A stretch of DNA of 64,000 bases from an uncultured Rhodobacteraceae bacterium (GTDB taxonomy: Bacteria; Pseudomonadota; Alphaproteobacteria; Rhodobacterales; Rhodobacteraceae), in assembly GCA_937924905.1 (NCBI GenBank), contig CALDUK010000015.1, positions 3,267-67,266 of the forward strand, given 5' to 3'. Of the stretch, positions 56,513-64,000 are shown piece after piece; position 1 is the stretch's first letter, and every line of letters begins with the position of its first letter. The translations under genes and the position numbers were made by a program. The notes under the pieces are model-generated. The model made no database searches, had not been told where the DNA came from, and saw nothing but the letters and a program-made list of their open reading frames with translations.

Positions 56513-56800
56513 TCATGTCCGCGTGCCCCCGAACCAGCCCTTCCGGTGAAGCAGCTCAAGGATCAACGCCAGCGTCAAAAGAACCGGTGCGCCAAACGCA
56601 TAGGCAAAGACGATCAGAACCGTGTCCGAATTCAGGGGATTGGATACACCCCGTACGCTCCAGCCATGCCAGCAAAGACCCGCGAAAAAGATCAGCCCCA
56701 GCCCAATCAGAAACCAGCGAACCGGGTGCCATCGCATGAACAGCCCCACCGCCGTGATAGCCAATGGCGAGGCCAGAAATAAAAGATCACCAAAACTCAT
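56513..56800 (-). CDS. Small membrane protein (95 aa, three predicted TM helices) inserted between ccmB and ccmC
   Basis: C-terminal part of track ORF 56513..57160. ATG 56800 forms an ATGA overlap with the ccmB stop. MSFGDLLFLASPLAITAVGLFMRWHPVRWFLIGLGLIFFAGLCWHGW... Confidence 0.6.
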   Translation of the reverse strand: MSFGDLLFLASPLAITAVGLFMRWHPVRWFLIGLGLIFFAGLCWHGWSVRGVSNPLNSDTVLIVFAYAFGAPVLLTLALILELLHRKGWFGGTRT

Positions 56801-57453
56801 CTCAGATTCACCCGAATGGCCGCCGCCGCGGCAAAAGGCAGAACCGCCAGGGACCCCAACGTGATCAGTGCAACGAACATCAGCGGGGTTGTCGCGCCCT
56901 GCCCTGCGGCCGCGCGGCCAACAGCATCGGCGCCAAAGATCAGCGTCGGCATGTAAAGCGGCAGCACAAGGATCGACAAAAGCAAACCACCCCGCTTCAA
57001 CCCAACCGTCAAAGCCGCGCCAAAGGCCCCGATCACCGACAAGGCCGGTGTCCCGAACGCGAGTGATACCACCAGCACCATATAGGCCTCGCCCGGCAGG
57101 TTCAGCAGGATGCCCAGAACCGGCGCAGCCAGTGTCAGCGGCAGGCCGGTTGATATCCAATGTGCCAGCGCTTTGGCGTAAATCACCGCTTCAAGCGGCA
57201 AGGGCGCGGTCGCCAGAAGATCAAGGGATCCGTCTTCGAAATCGGTGGCAAACAACCGGTCGAGCGACAGAAGACAGGCCAGCAGCGCGCCCACCCACAA
57301 CGCACCGGGGGCAATGCGCGCCAAAACCTCGCGTTCAGGGCCGACGCCAAAAGGGATCAGCACGACAACGATCAGAAAAAACGCCAGGGCCAGGCCAAAG
57401 CCGCCGCCCGCGCGGATGGCCAGCTGAAGGTCGCGCTTCAACACGGCAATCAC
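56797..57453 (-). CDS. ccmB: Heme exporter protein B
   Basis: GTGA overlap with ccmA. (M)IAVLKRDLQLAIRAGGG..., six hydrophobic spans, 218 aa. Confidence 0.92.
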   Translation of the reverse strand: MIAVLKRDLQLAIRAGGGFGLALAFFLIVVVLIPFGVGPEREVLARIAPGALWVGALLACLLSLDRLFATDFEDGSLDLLATAPLPLEAVIYAKALAHWISTGLPLTLAAPVLGILLNLPGEAYMVLVVSLAFGTPALSVIGAFGAALTVGLKRGGLLLSILVLPLYMPTLIFGADAVGRAAAGQGATTPLMFVALITLGSLAVLPFAAAAAIRVNLR

Positions 57454-58073
57454 AGAAACGCCTCGTCAAATGCGCCGTCAGATCGGTGGGCGGGTCTAAA
57501 CGCCGCGACATCCAGAACCTGCGCTTTCAGTCCCAGATCGATATGCGTTGCAATCAAAGCGGCCCCGCCCCGGCCCAGATGCTGACGGATTGCATCGGCA
57601 AATAGTTCGACCGATGCGGCATCAAGGGACACGGTCGGTTCGTCCAGCACCCAGACAGGACATGCGGTAACCAGCAATCGTGCAAGGCCCACGCGCCGCT
57701 TTTGCCCGGCGGACAAAGCACCTGCGTGACGGTTGCGCAGATCAAGTAAACTATATGCAGACATCGCGGTTTCAATGTCCTCGGTCCCGAACAAAGAAGC
57801 CCAGAACGCCAGATTTTCTGCCACCGTCAACGTGCCTTTCAACCCGTCGGCATGGGCGGCATAGGCAATTGCGCCGTCTTCGGCCTGCAGCTTGCCCGCG
57901 CTTGGGGGCTGCAACCCGGCAATTGTGCGCAAAAGTGTAGTTTTCCCTGACCCATTCGGCCCCTGCACGATCCGTGCTTCGCCGGGTAAAAGGTTTAGCG
58001 ACACGTTTTCCAGCAAAACAACGCCGCCCCGCGTGCAGGCAACAGTGTCCAGGGTCAAAAGCGGGGTCGTCAT
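57450..58073 (-). CDS. ccmA: Heme ABC exporter ATP-binding protein
   Basis: GPNGSGKTTLLR, LSAGQKRRVGLARL, VWVLDEPTVSLD. 207 aa. Confidence 0.92.
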   Translation of the reverse strand: MTTPLLTLDTVACTRGGVVLLENVSLNLLPGEARIVQGPNGSGKTTLLRTIAGLQPPSAGKLQAEDGAIAYAAHADGLKGTLTVAENLAFWASLFGTEDIETAMSAYSLLDLRNRHAGALSAGQKRRVGLARLLVTACPVWVLDEPTVSLDAASVELFADAIRQHLGRGGAALIATHIDLGLKAQVLDVAAFRPAHRSDGAFDEAFL

Positions 58074-58111
58074 GGGGTCAGTTGTTGCCCAAGTTCAGGG
58101 CGAAGTCCACG

Positions 58112-58465
58112 CTAGACCGGCAGCAACGCGGCACCCACGCGCCGCCCTTCGCCCAGCAGCACATTATAGGTGCGGCACGCTTGCGGGGTGGCCATCACCT
58201 CGGCCCCGATCCCGGCAGTTTCCAGCGCGGTGCGCAACTCAGCGGGCAATTGCGCAATCTCAGGCCCCATCCCGAACAAAAGCACATCGACCTCACCCAT
58301 GGCCTTCAAAAGGGTCTCTGCATCCTCAAGCCCGCGCCATGATGTCACCCCGCCCGGCAAAACGGCAATGGCGCCTTGATACGCAGTGCCGCCGACGCGG
58401 AAAAACCCCGGCCCATAGCCGTCGATTGGGTGTTCGTCGCGAAAGTTGACCTCGTTCAGTTGCAT
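58112..58465 (-). CDS. Mth938-like (DUF498 / NDUFAF3-like) domain protein
   Basis: ATG 58465 within track ORF 58112..58546. MQLNEVNFRDEHPIDGYGPGFFRVGG... 117 aa. Confidence 0.7.
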   Translation of the reverse strand: MQLNEVNFRDEHPIDGYGPGFFRVGGTAYQGAIAVLPGGVTSWRGLEDAETLLKAMGEVDVLLFGMGPEIAQLPAELRTALETAGIGAEVMATPQACRTYNVLLGEGRRVGAALLPV

Positions 58466-58466
58466 C

Positions 58467-59222
58467 CTACCCGTCCCAAATTGGCAGCCCAAGCAGGGCC
58501 GAGGCGGCAATAATGCCATATGCCACGCGCCGGTAAAGCGTTTCATATCCCGGACGGAACATAAACGCGCCCACCCCGTTGCCGATCAGATAGGGCAAAA
58601 TCATCAGCGCGCCCAAAACAACCGCCGTGCCGACCATCAGACCTTTCCACATCAAAACCGCCAGCAACAGGATATCGGCCAGAATCAGATAAAGCGTGTT
58701 ATTCGCCCGGATGGTCTTGGCAGGCAGGTTTGACGACATAAACAAAAGGATCACAGGCGGCCCCGGCAAGCCGACACTGCCGCCCAAAAGCCCGCCTGTT
58801 GCGCCGGTTCCAAAGATCAAAGGTTTGGTGATGGGCCCCCGATACCGAAGCCCCGCGATCAGGCAAACCAGCAACCCAAGGGCCACCAGCGATACACCCC
58901 AGCGAAACACATGCGCAGGCACAAGCGTCAGCAACCAAACGCCCACGGGCACGGCCAAGGCGGCCCCCAGCCCCAATCGCATGACATCTCCGGGTTGTCC
59001 GTCGCGCAACGCGCGGGGCACATGGATCAGGGGCGCGGTCAGGTCTTTGATGATCAACGTCGTCAGCGCCTCGAACGGCCCCAAAACCTGACCCGCCACC
59101 GGCAAATAGATCATTGCCGTGCCAAACCCGGCAAAGCCGCGCACAATGCCGGCCAACAATGCACCGAATGCAAGAAACCAAATTCCGTCGGTCGCCAAAG
59201 CCGCCGACAGAGCGTCAGGCAT
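58467..59222 (-). CDS. TauE/SafE family sulfite/anion exporter-type membrane protein
   Basis: Track ORF 58467..59258; ATG 59222 overlaps the secF end by only 8 nt. Polytopic and Gly-rich (GFAGFGTAMIYLP). Confidence 0.8.
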   Translation of the reverse strand: MPDALSAALATDGIWFLAFGALLAGIVRGFAGFGTAMIYLPVAGQVLGPFEALTTLIIKDLTAPLIHVPRALRDGQPGDVMRLGLGAALAVPVGVWLLTLVPAHVFRWGVSLVALGLLVCLIAGLRYRGPITKPLIFGTGATGGLLGGSVGLPGPPVILLFMSSNLPAKTIRANNTLYLILADILLLAVLMWKGLMVGTAVVLGALMILPYLIGNGVGAFMFRPGYETLYRRVAYGIIAASALLGLPIWDG

Positions 59223-60192
59223 CGACGTTGCTGAATTGCGTACCAGCGCCCCCGCCACCTTCGCCCGGCTGCGACCAGTCGCGTTTGACGCCCAGCATCA
59301 AGACAACGTTTTTCGCCACGTAGACCGATGAATAGGTGCCGATCACAACACCCCAGGTGATGGCAAAAACAAAGCCCCGGATCACATCGCCGCCAAAGAT
59401 CAACAAAGCGATCAGCGCCAAAAGCGTGGTGCCCGAGGTCATCAAAGTCCGGCTGAGTGTCTCGTTCACGGTGCGATTCATCACCTCGACCAATGCGGTC
59501 TTCTTGAACTTGCGCAGGTTCTCCCGAAGCCGGTCAAAGATCACGACCGTGTCGTTGATCGAGTACCCCACGATGGTCAAAATCGCCGCGATCGTGGCCA
59601 GATCGAATCGGATCTGCAGCAGGCTGAAAATCCCAATGGTGATGATCACATCATGGAACAAGGCCGCGACTGCGCCGATGGAAAACTGCCATTCAAAGCG
59701 CAGCCAGATATACACCAGAATGGCCCCTAAAGCCGCCAGAATGGCGATCAGGGCGGTTTGCACCAGTTCGCCCGACACTTCGGGGCCAACGGATTCAACC
59801 GCCGAGAAGGTGATCGTCGGATCCACCTCGCCAAGTGCGCTTTTGATCGACGCGATCATTTCGGTCGATGCGCTTTCCTGGCCTTCCTGTGCCTGAATGG
59901 TGATAGCGGCGACGTTCTGATCGGCGCGGAAGGTCGGATCGAACACCCCGACGACGCTGACCTCGCCCAGTCCCAAAGGCTCTATCGCGGCGCGATAAGC
60001 GCCTGCATCGACGGGGGCCGTGGCTTCGGTCCGGATGGTGGTGCCGCCTGTGAAATCAATGCCAAAGTTCAGCCCGACGGTCAGCCAAAGCAGGATCGAC
60101 GCGATTATCGCAAAGATCGAGACGCCCATAGTGATCGTCCGAAACCGGAAGAAATCGAAGTTCGTTTCCTGCGGAACAAGTCTTAGCCGCAT
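59215..60192 (-). CDS. secF: Protein translocase subunit SecF
   Basis: ATG 60192, 1 nt after the secD stop. MRLRLVPQETNFDFFRFR...GLNFGIDFTGGT. Confidence 0.93.
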   Translation of the reverse strand: MRLRLVPQETNFDFFRFRTITMGVSIFAIIASILLWLTVGLNFGIDFTGGTTIRTEATAPVDAGAYRAAIEPLGLGEVSVVGVFDPTFRADQNVAAITIQAQEGQESASTEMIASIKSALGEVDPTITFSAVESVGPEVSGELVQTALIAILAALGAILVYIWLRFEWQFSIGAVAALFHDVIITIGIFSLLQIRFDLATIAAILTIVGYSINDTVVIFDRLRENLRKFKKTALVEVMNRTVNETLSRTLMTSGTTLLALIALLIFGGDVIRGFVFAITWGVVIGTYSSVYVAKNVVLMLGVKRDWSQPGEGGGGAGTQFSNVDA

Positions 60193-60193
60193 C

Positions 60194-61855
60194 TTACACC
60201 TCGATCGTTTTGGGACGGCGACGTTCAAACCAGACGACAACAAACAGCCGTGTGACGAAAATCGCAGTGAATACAGATGTGGCGATGCCGACCAGCAGCG
60301 TCACCCCAAACCCTTTGACCGGGCCTGACCCCAGGGCAAACAGGATCAACGCCGTAATGCCCGTGGTGATATTCGCGTCAATAATAGCCGACAGCGCTTT
60401 TTCATAGCCCAGCTCAATCGCGCGCGACGGGCCTTTCGCTGTCTTCAATTCCTCGCGTATGCGCTCAAACACCAGCACATTGGCATCGACCGCCATACCG
60501 ATCGTCAGCACGATCCCGGCAATCCCCGGCAGCGTCAGTGTTGCGCCGACAACCGACAGGACGCCCAGCAAAAGACCCACATTCAGGATCAGCGCGACAT
60601 TGGCGAACAGACCAAAGAGACCATAGCTTGCGGCCATAAAGACCATAACGCCGATAAAGGCGATCACGCAGGCAATCCGGCCCGCATCAATCGAATCCTG
60701 TCCCAACGTCGGGCTGACAGTGCGTTCTTCCAGAAAATCAAGATCCGCCGGCAAGGCCCCTGCCCGCAACAGCACCGCCAGTTCGGTTGACCCTTCGACG
60801 GTAAAGTTTCCTGTGATCTGGCCCGAACCGCCGCAAATGGGTTCGCGGATCTGCGGGGCCGTGATCACTTCGTTGTCCAGAACTGTGGCAAACAAAGCGC
60901 CTGTGTTTTCGGTGGTGAAATTACAGAAAATACGCGCGCCGGATGGGTTGAACCGGAAATTCACAGACGGTTGCCCGTTCTGATCGAACCCCGGTTGTGC
61001 ATCGGTCAGTTCGTCGCCGGTCAGTACCGGTGTGCCTTCGACCACATAGAACCCACCTTCGGGTTCGATATCCGGCAAAAGGATGTTGCCCGGCCCCGGG
61101 TTGGCGTCGCCGCTGCCGGTTGCGCGGATCACAGGGTGAAAAGTCAGTCGCGCAGGCGTGCCGATCCGGCCTTTCAATTCCTCGCCCGAGACACCCGGCA
61201 CCTGTATCAAAACCCGGTCGGTGCCCTGACGCGTGATTGACGGTTCGGTCGTGCCATCCGGGTCGATCCGGCGGCGCAGAATTTCCTGGGTCTGAAGAAG
61301 CGTGCGCGTGTCGGTCGCTAGCTTTTCTTCCTCGCTCAATTCGATCGTCAGCACATTGCCCTGGCCGGACACTTGCAAGGTTTGCGCGGCAAGCCCGGTC
61401 AGGCTGACGACCGGTTCGGCCAGTTGCCGTGCCTCGATCAATGCCTGGTTCAGCGCGTCTGCGTTCTGAATACGGACCTGCAAGACACCGTTCGGCGCGC
61501 CATCGACGCGTTCGACAAAGCCCACCTGATCGCGCACCGCCACCAGCCGTTCGCGCACATCCGGCCACAGACCGTCCATCCGGGTTTGATAAACGTCTTC
61601 GACCTGCACCTTGACCAAAAGCTGTGCCCCGCCGCGCAAATCCAGCCCCAGGTTCACCAGCGTCGATGGCAAAAGCGATGGCCAGGCCGCCAAATCCGCT
61701 TCGCGTTCCGATGTTGTGCCCAGTTGCTCAATCTCGATTGCGGCGCTGTTATGCGTCTCGACGGCGCCATAGAAAAAATTCGGCATCGAGAAAAGCAAGC
61801 CGCAGAAACAGACGCCCAGAATAAGCACCCGTTTCCATAAAGGAATTTGAAGCAT
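60194..61855 (-). CDS. secD: Protein translocase subunit SecD
   Basis: Track ORF 60194..61858 starts at a TTG; ATG 61855 follows. MLQIPLWKRVLILG...LGLDLRGGAQLL. 553 aa. Confidence 0.93.
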   Translation of the reverse strand: MLQIPLWKRVLILGVCFCGLLFSMPNFFYGAVETHNSAAIEIEQLGTTSEREADLAAWPSLLPSTLVNLGLDLRGGAQLLVKVQVEDVYQTRMDGLWPDVRERLVAVRDQVGFVERVDGAPNGVLQVRIQNADALNQALIEARQLAEPVVSLTGLAAQTLQVSGQGNVLTIELSEEEKLATDTRTLLQTQEILRRRIDPDGTTEPSITRQGTDRVLIQVPGVSGEELKGRIGTPARLTFHPVIRATGSGDANPGPGNILLPDIEPEGGFYVVEGTPVLTGDELTDAQPGFDQNGQPSVNFRFNPSGARIFCNFTTENTGALFATVLDNEVITAPQIREPICGGSGQITGNFTVEGSTELAVLLRAGALPADLDFLEERTVSPTLGQDSIDAGRIACVIAFIGVMVFMAASYGLFGLFANVALILNVGLLLGVLSVVGATLTLPGIAGIVLTIGMAVDANVLVFERIREELKTAKGPSRAIELGYEKALSAIIDANITTGITALILFALGSGPVKGFGVTLLVGIATSVFTAIFVTRLFVVVWFERRRPKTIEV

Positions 61856-61901
61856 CAACGCGCCTCGATTTCAAAGGTTGGCAAAAATCCGACCGTGCCC
61901 A

Positions 61902-62225
61902 TCAGGTTGCCGGTTCGGTCTTGGAACGCACCTGCTGAACAGTGTGCTTGACCACGCGTACGTTGACGCCATCGGCAATCTCGACCTCGATCTCGCCGTC
62001 TTCGCGCACTTTGGTGACTTTGCCGACCAGACCGCCCTGCGTGACCACCTGATCGCCGCGCCGCAATGCTTCGACCATGGCCTGATGTTCCTTCAGCTTC
62101 TTTTGCTGCGGACGGATCAACAGAAAATAGAAGATGGCGAAAATCGCGATGAAGAAGGGAAGCTGGCTTAACAGCGAAGGTCCAGCGGACCCGGCGGCCT
62201 GTGCATAAGCGGGGGTGACAAGCAT
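61902..62225 (-). CDS. yajC: Preprotein translocase subunit YajC
   Basis: FIAIFAIFYFLLIRPQQKKLKEHQAMVEALRRGDQVVTQGGLVGKV. 107 aa, upstream of secDF. Confidence 0.93.
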   Translation of the reverse strand: MLVTPAYAQAAGSAGPSLLSQLPFFIAIFAIFYFLLIRPQQKKLKEHQAMVEALRRGDQVVTQGGLVGKVTKVREDGEIEVEIADGVNVRVVKHTVQQVRSKTEPAT

Positions 62226-62482
62226 GCGAATTTCCTTGTTCTTATGGCTGAAACCGTTGCCCGGTCCCGCTCTCTTTTCGGTTGGCGCGCACCCTATATC
62301 TGGGTCCGAAGCTTGGCAAGCAAGGGGCTGCGCGAAATAGACCGGAACCGGTAAATTCTGGCGGCGCAGCGGGCACAGGCCGCAAAGACCCAGCGTCGGG
62401 CGTGTTTCCTAAAGAATCGCCTCGCCTTTTTGCCGCCTCTCCGGCATATGACCGCTCGTAAAGTTCGATAAGGAGAGGACCA

Positions 62483-63772
62483 ATGCACGACATTCGCGCC
62501 ATTCGCGAAAACCCCGCCGCTTTTGACGCCGCCATGGCCCGTCGCGGACTGTCGGGCCTGTCGTCACAGATCCTTGCCCTGGACGAAGCGCGCCGCAGCC
62601 GCATCACCTCTGCCGAGGCCGCACAAGCCGACCGGAACGCCGCGTCGAAAGAGGTAGGAGCCGCAAAAGCCAAAGGCGATGAAGCCGAATTTGAACGGCT
62701 GCGCGCACTGGTCGCGGCGAAGAAAGACGAAATCGCGCGTCTGGAAGACGAAGCCAAAGCCGAAGACAGCCGGTTGCGGGACCTGCTGATGACCCTGCCC
62801 AACAGGCCGTATGACGATGTGCCTGATGGCGATGACGAAGACGACAATGTCGAAATGCATCGCTGGGGCGACCCCGTGCAGTTTGCGTTTGAGGCCAAAG
62901 AACACTTTGAGATCAAGGGCGTAAAGCCCGGAATGGATTTTGAAACGGCAGCCAAACTGTCGGGCTCGCGGTTTGTTCTGATGTCGGGGGCCGTGGCGCG
63001 TGTGCACCGGGCACTGGCTCAAATGATGCTGGATATTCATACGACCGAGAACGGGTTGACTGAAACGATTACGCCCGTGCTGGTCCGGGACGACGCGATG
63101 TATGGCACGAACCAGCTGCCGAAATTCGCCGAAGACAGCTATCGCACCACAGAGGGCATGTGGTTGATCCCGACCTCGGAAGTGACGCTGACGAATATCG
63201 TCCGCGAAACGATCATCGACGCCGATTACCTGCCCCGGCGCTATACGGCCCATTCACAGTGTTTCCGGTCCGAAGCCGGCAGCGCGGGCAAGGACACATC
63301 GGGCATGTTGCGCCAGCACCAGTTTGAAAAGGTCGAAATGGTGTCGGTCGTCCATCCCGACCAATCAGAAGACGAACAGCAGCGCATGTTGAAATGCGCC
63401 GAAGGCATTCTGGAACGTCTGGGCCTTGCCTATCGCACTGTGTGCCTGTGCACCGGCGATCTGGGGTTCGGCGCGCACCGCACCTTTGACATCGAGGTCT
63501 GGCTGCCCGGCCAAAACGCTTATCGCGAGATTTCCAGCGTGTCGACCTGTGGTGAGTTTCAGGCGCGCCGCATGAACGCGCGGTTCCGCGATGAAAACGG
63601 CAAGCCGCAATTCGTACACACGTTGAACGGATCGGGACTGGCCATCGGACGCACCCTGATTGCGGTGTTGGAAAACGGCCAAACTGCTGAAGGCGGCGTT
63701 GTGTTGCCACAAGGGCTTGGTCCTTGGCTGGGCGGCAAATCCCAAATCACGCCCGACGGCGCGCTGGTGTGA
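62483..63772 (+). CDS. serS: Serine--tRNA ligase
   Basis: [23 protein letters not shown]..., coiled-coil arm, class II motifs ([42 protein letters not shown]). Confidence 0.95.
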   Translation: MHDIRAIRENPAAFDAAMARRGLSGLSSQILALDEARRSRITSAEAAQADRNAASKEVGAAKAKGDEAEFERLRALVAAKKDEIARLEDEAKAEDSRLRDLLMTLPNRPYDDVPDGDDEDDNVEMHRWGDPVQFAFEAKEHFEIKGVKPGMDFETAAKLSGSRFVLMSGAVARVHRALAQMMLDIHTTENGLTETITPVLVRDDAMYGTNQLPKFAEDSYRTTEGMWLIPTSEVTLTNIVRETIIDADYLPRRYTAHSQCFRSEAGSAGKDTSGMLRQHQFEKVEMVSVVHPDQSEDEQQRMLKCAEGILERLGLAYRTVCLCTGDLGFGAHRTFDIEVWLPGQNAYREISSVSTCGEFQARRMNARFRDENGKPQFVHTLNGSGLAIGRTLIAVLENGQTAEGGVVLPQGLGPWLGGKSQITPDGALV

Positions 63773-64000
63773 CAGGATGCGGCGCGCGTCCCCGCGCGCC
63801 GCGCCAAGCAAAGGGGCGTTGCCCCCTCGCGCTCCCCCAACATATTTTTACCAAGAAGAAGTGAAGGGGGCTTAACCTTCTCTTGGCAAAGTCATGTCCA
63901 GGGGTCTGTGGTGTCTTGGTTCAGGCGTCCTGCGATCTGTTGCCGGGACAGCTAGAAGACCGATGCGGTGCCGGGCAAGTCGATGTGGGTTGGGTGGGTA

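Noticed and set aside
62242-62955. 237-aa minus-strand ORF overlapping the serS 5' half
   Set aside because: It is a Ser/Ala/Arg low-complexity frame, antisense to serS.
1-64000. CRISPR arrays, IS elements, prophage or known defence-system genes
   Set aside because: Reading through the window, I saw no regularly spaced repeats, transposase, integrase or recombinase ORFs, or nuclease, helicase or methylase clusters. A repeat-finder run would be needed for certainty.

Overview
GC-rich chromosomal segment that looks alphaproteobacterial, probably Rhodobacterales-like. That placement is an inference from gene content and order; no search was run. I call about 65 protein genes and one tRNA-Gly(UCC). 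I saw no rRNA, CRISPR array, transposase, integrase or phage genes. The left third (1-22.5 kb) looks accessory. It holds a hydantoinase A-type gene running off the left edge and a roughly 15 kb LysR-associated carbohydrate locus. That locus contains an aldose-dehydrogenase-type AKR, an SDR, a CUT1-like ABC importer with unusually long permeases, a mutarotase-fold DUF4432-like protein, a Zn-ADH, a lactonase-type amidohydrolase, a class I aldolase, a Gfo/Idh/MocA oxidoreductase, a PfkB kinase and an MFS transporter. Next come a LysR-like/unknown gene pair and an orphan MBOAT / AlgJ-like / SGNH O-acetylation cassette. The remainder is core genome: fahA with a decayed maiA, an NMT1-type ABC importer, rbsK, an ABCB exporter, an acyl-CoA synthetase, hisB-hisH, ycjX-ycjF, a Crp/Fnr regulator, yicC-gmk, a complete phoR / pstSCAB-phoU-phoB locus with a clear Pho box, rpsB-tsf, acnA, ccmABCDG, secDF-yajC and serS. 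The main sequence-level observations are: (1) a single in-frame TAG inside an otherwise full-length hisB; (2) a frameshifted and truncated maiA remnant abutting fahA; (3) an extra 95-aa membrane ORF translationally coupled inside the ccm operon; (4) a sugar locus that mixes oxidative and kinase/aldolase logic and that I cannot map to a described pathway; (5) several perfect inverted repeats in 5' leaders. I found no unmistakable defence, toxin or otherwise novel system, so the best candidates are ranked in the findings. All calls come from reading translations and motifs by eye. Start codons are often uncertain by a few codons because the ORF track extends to the most upstream ATG/GTG/TTG.
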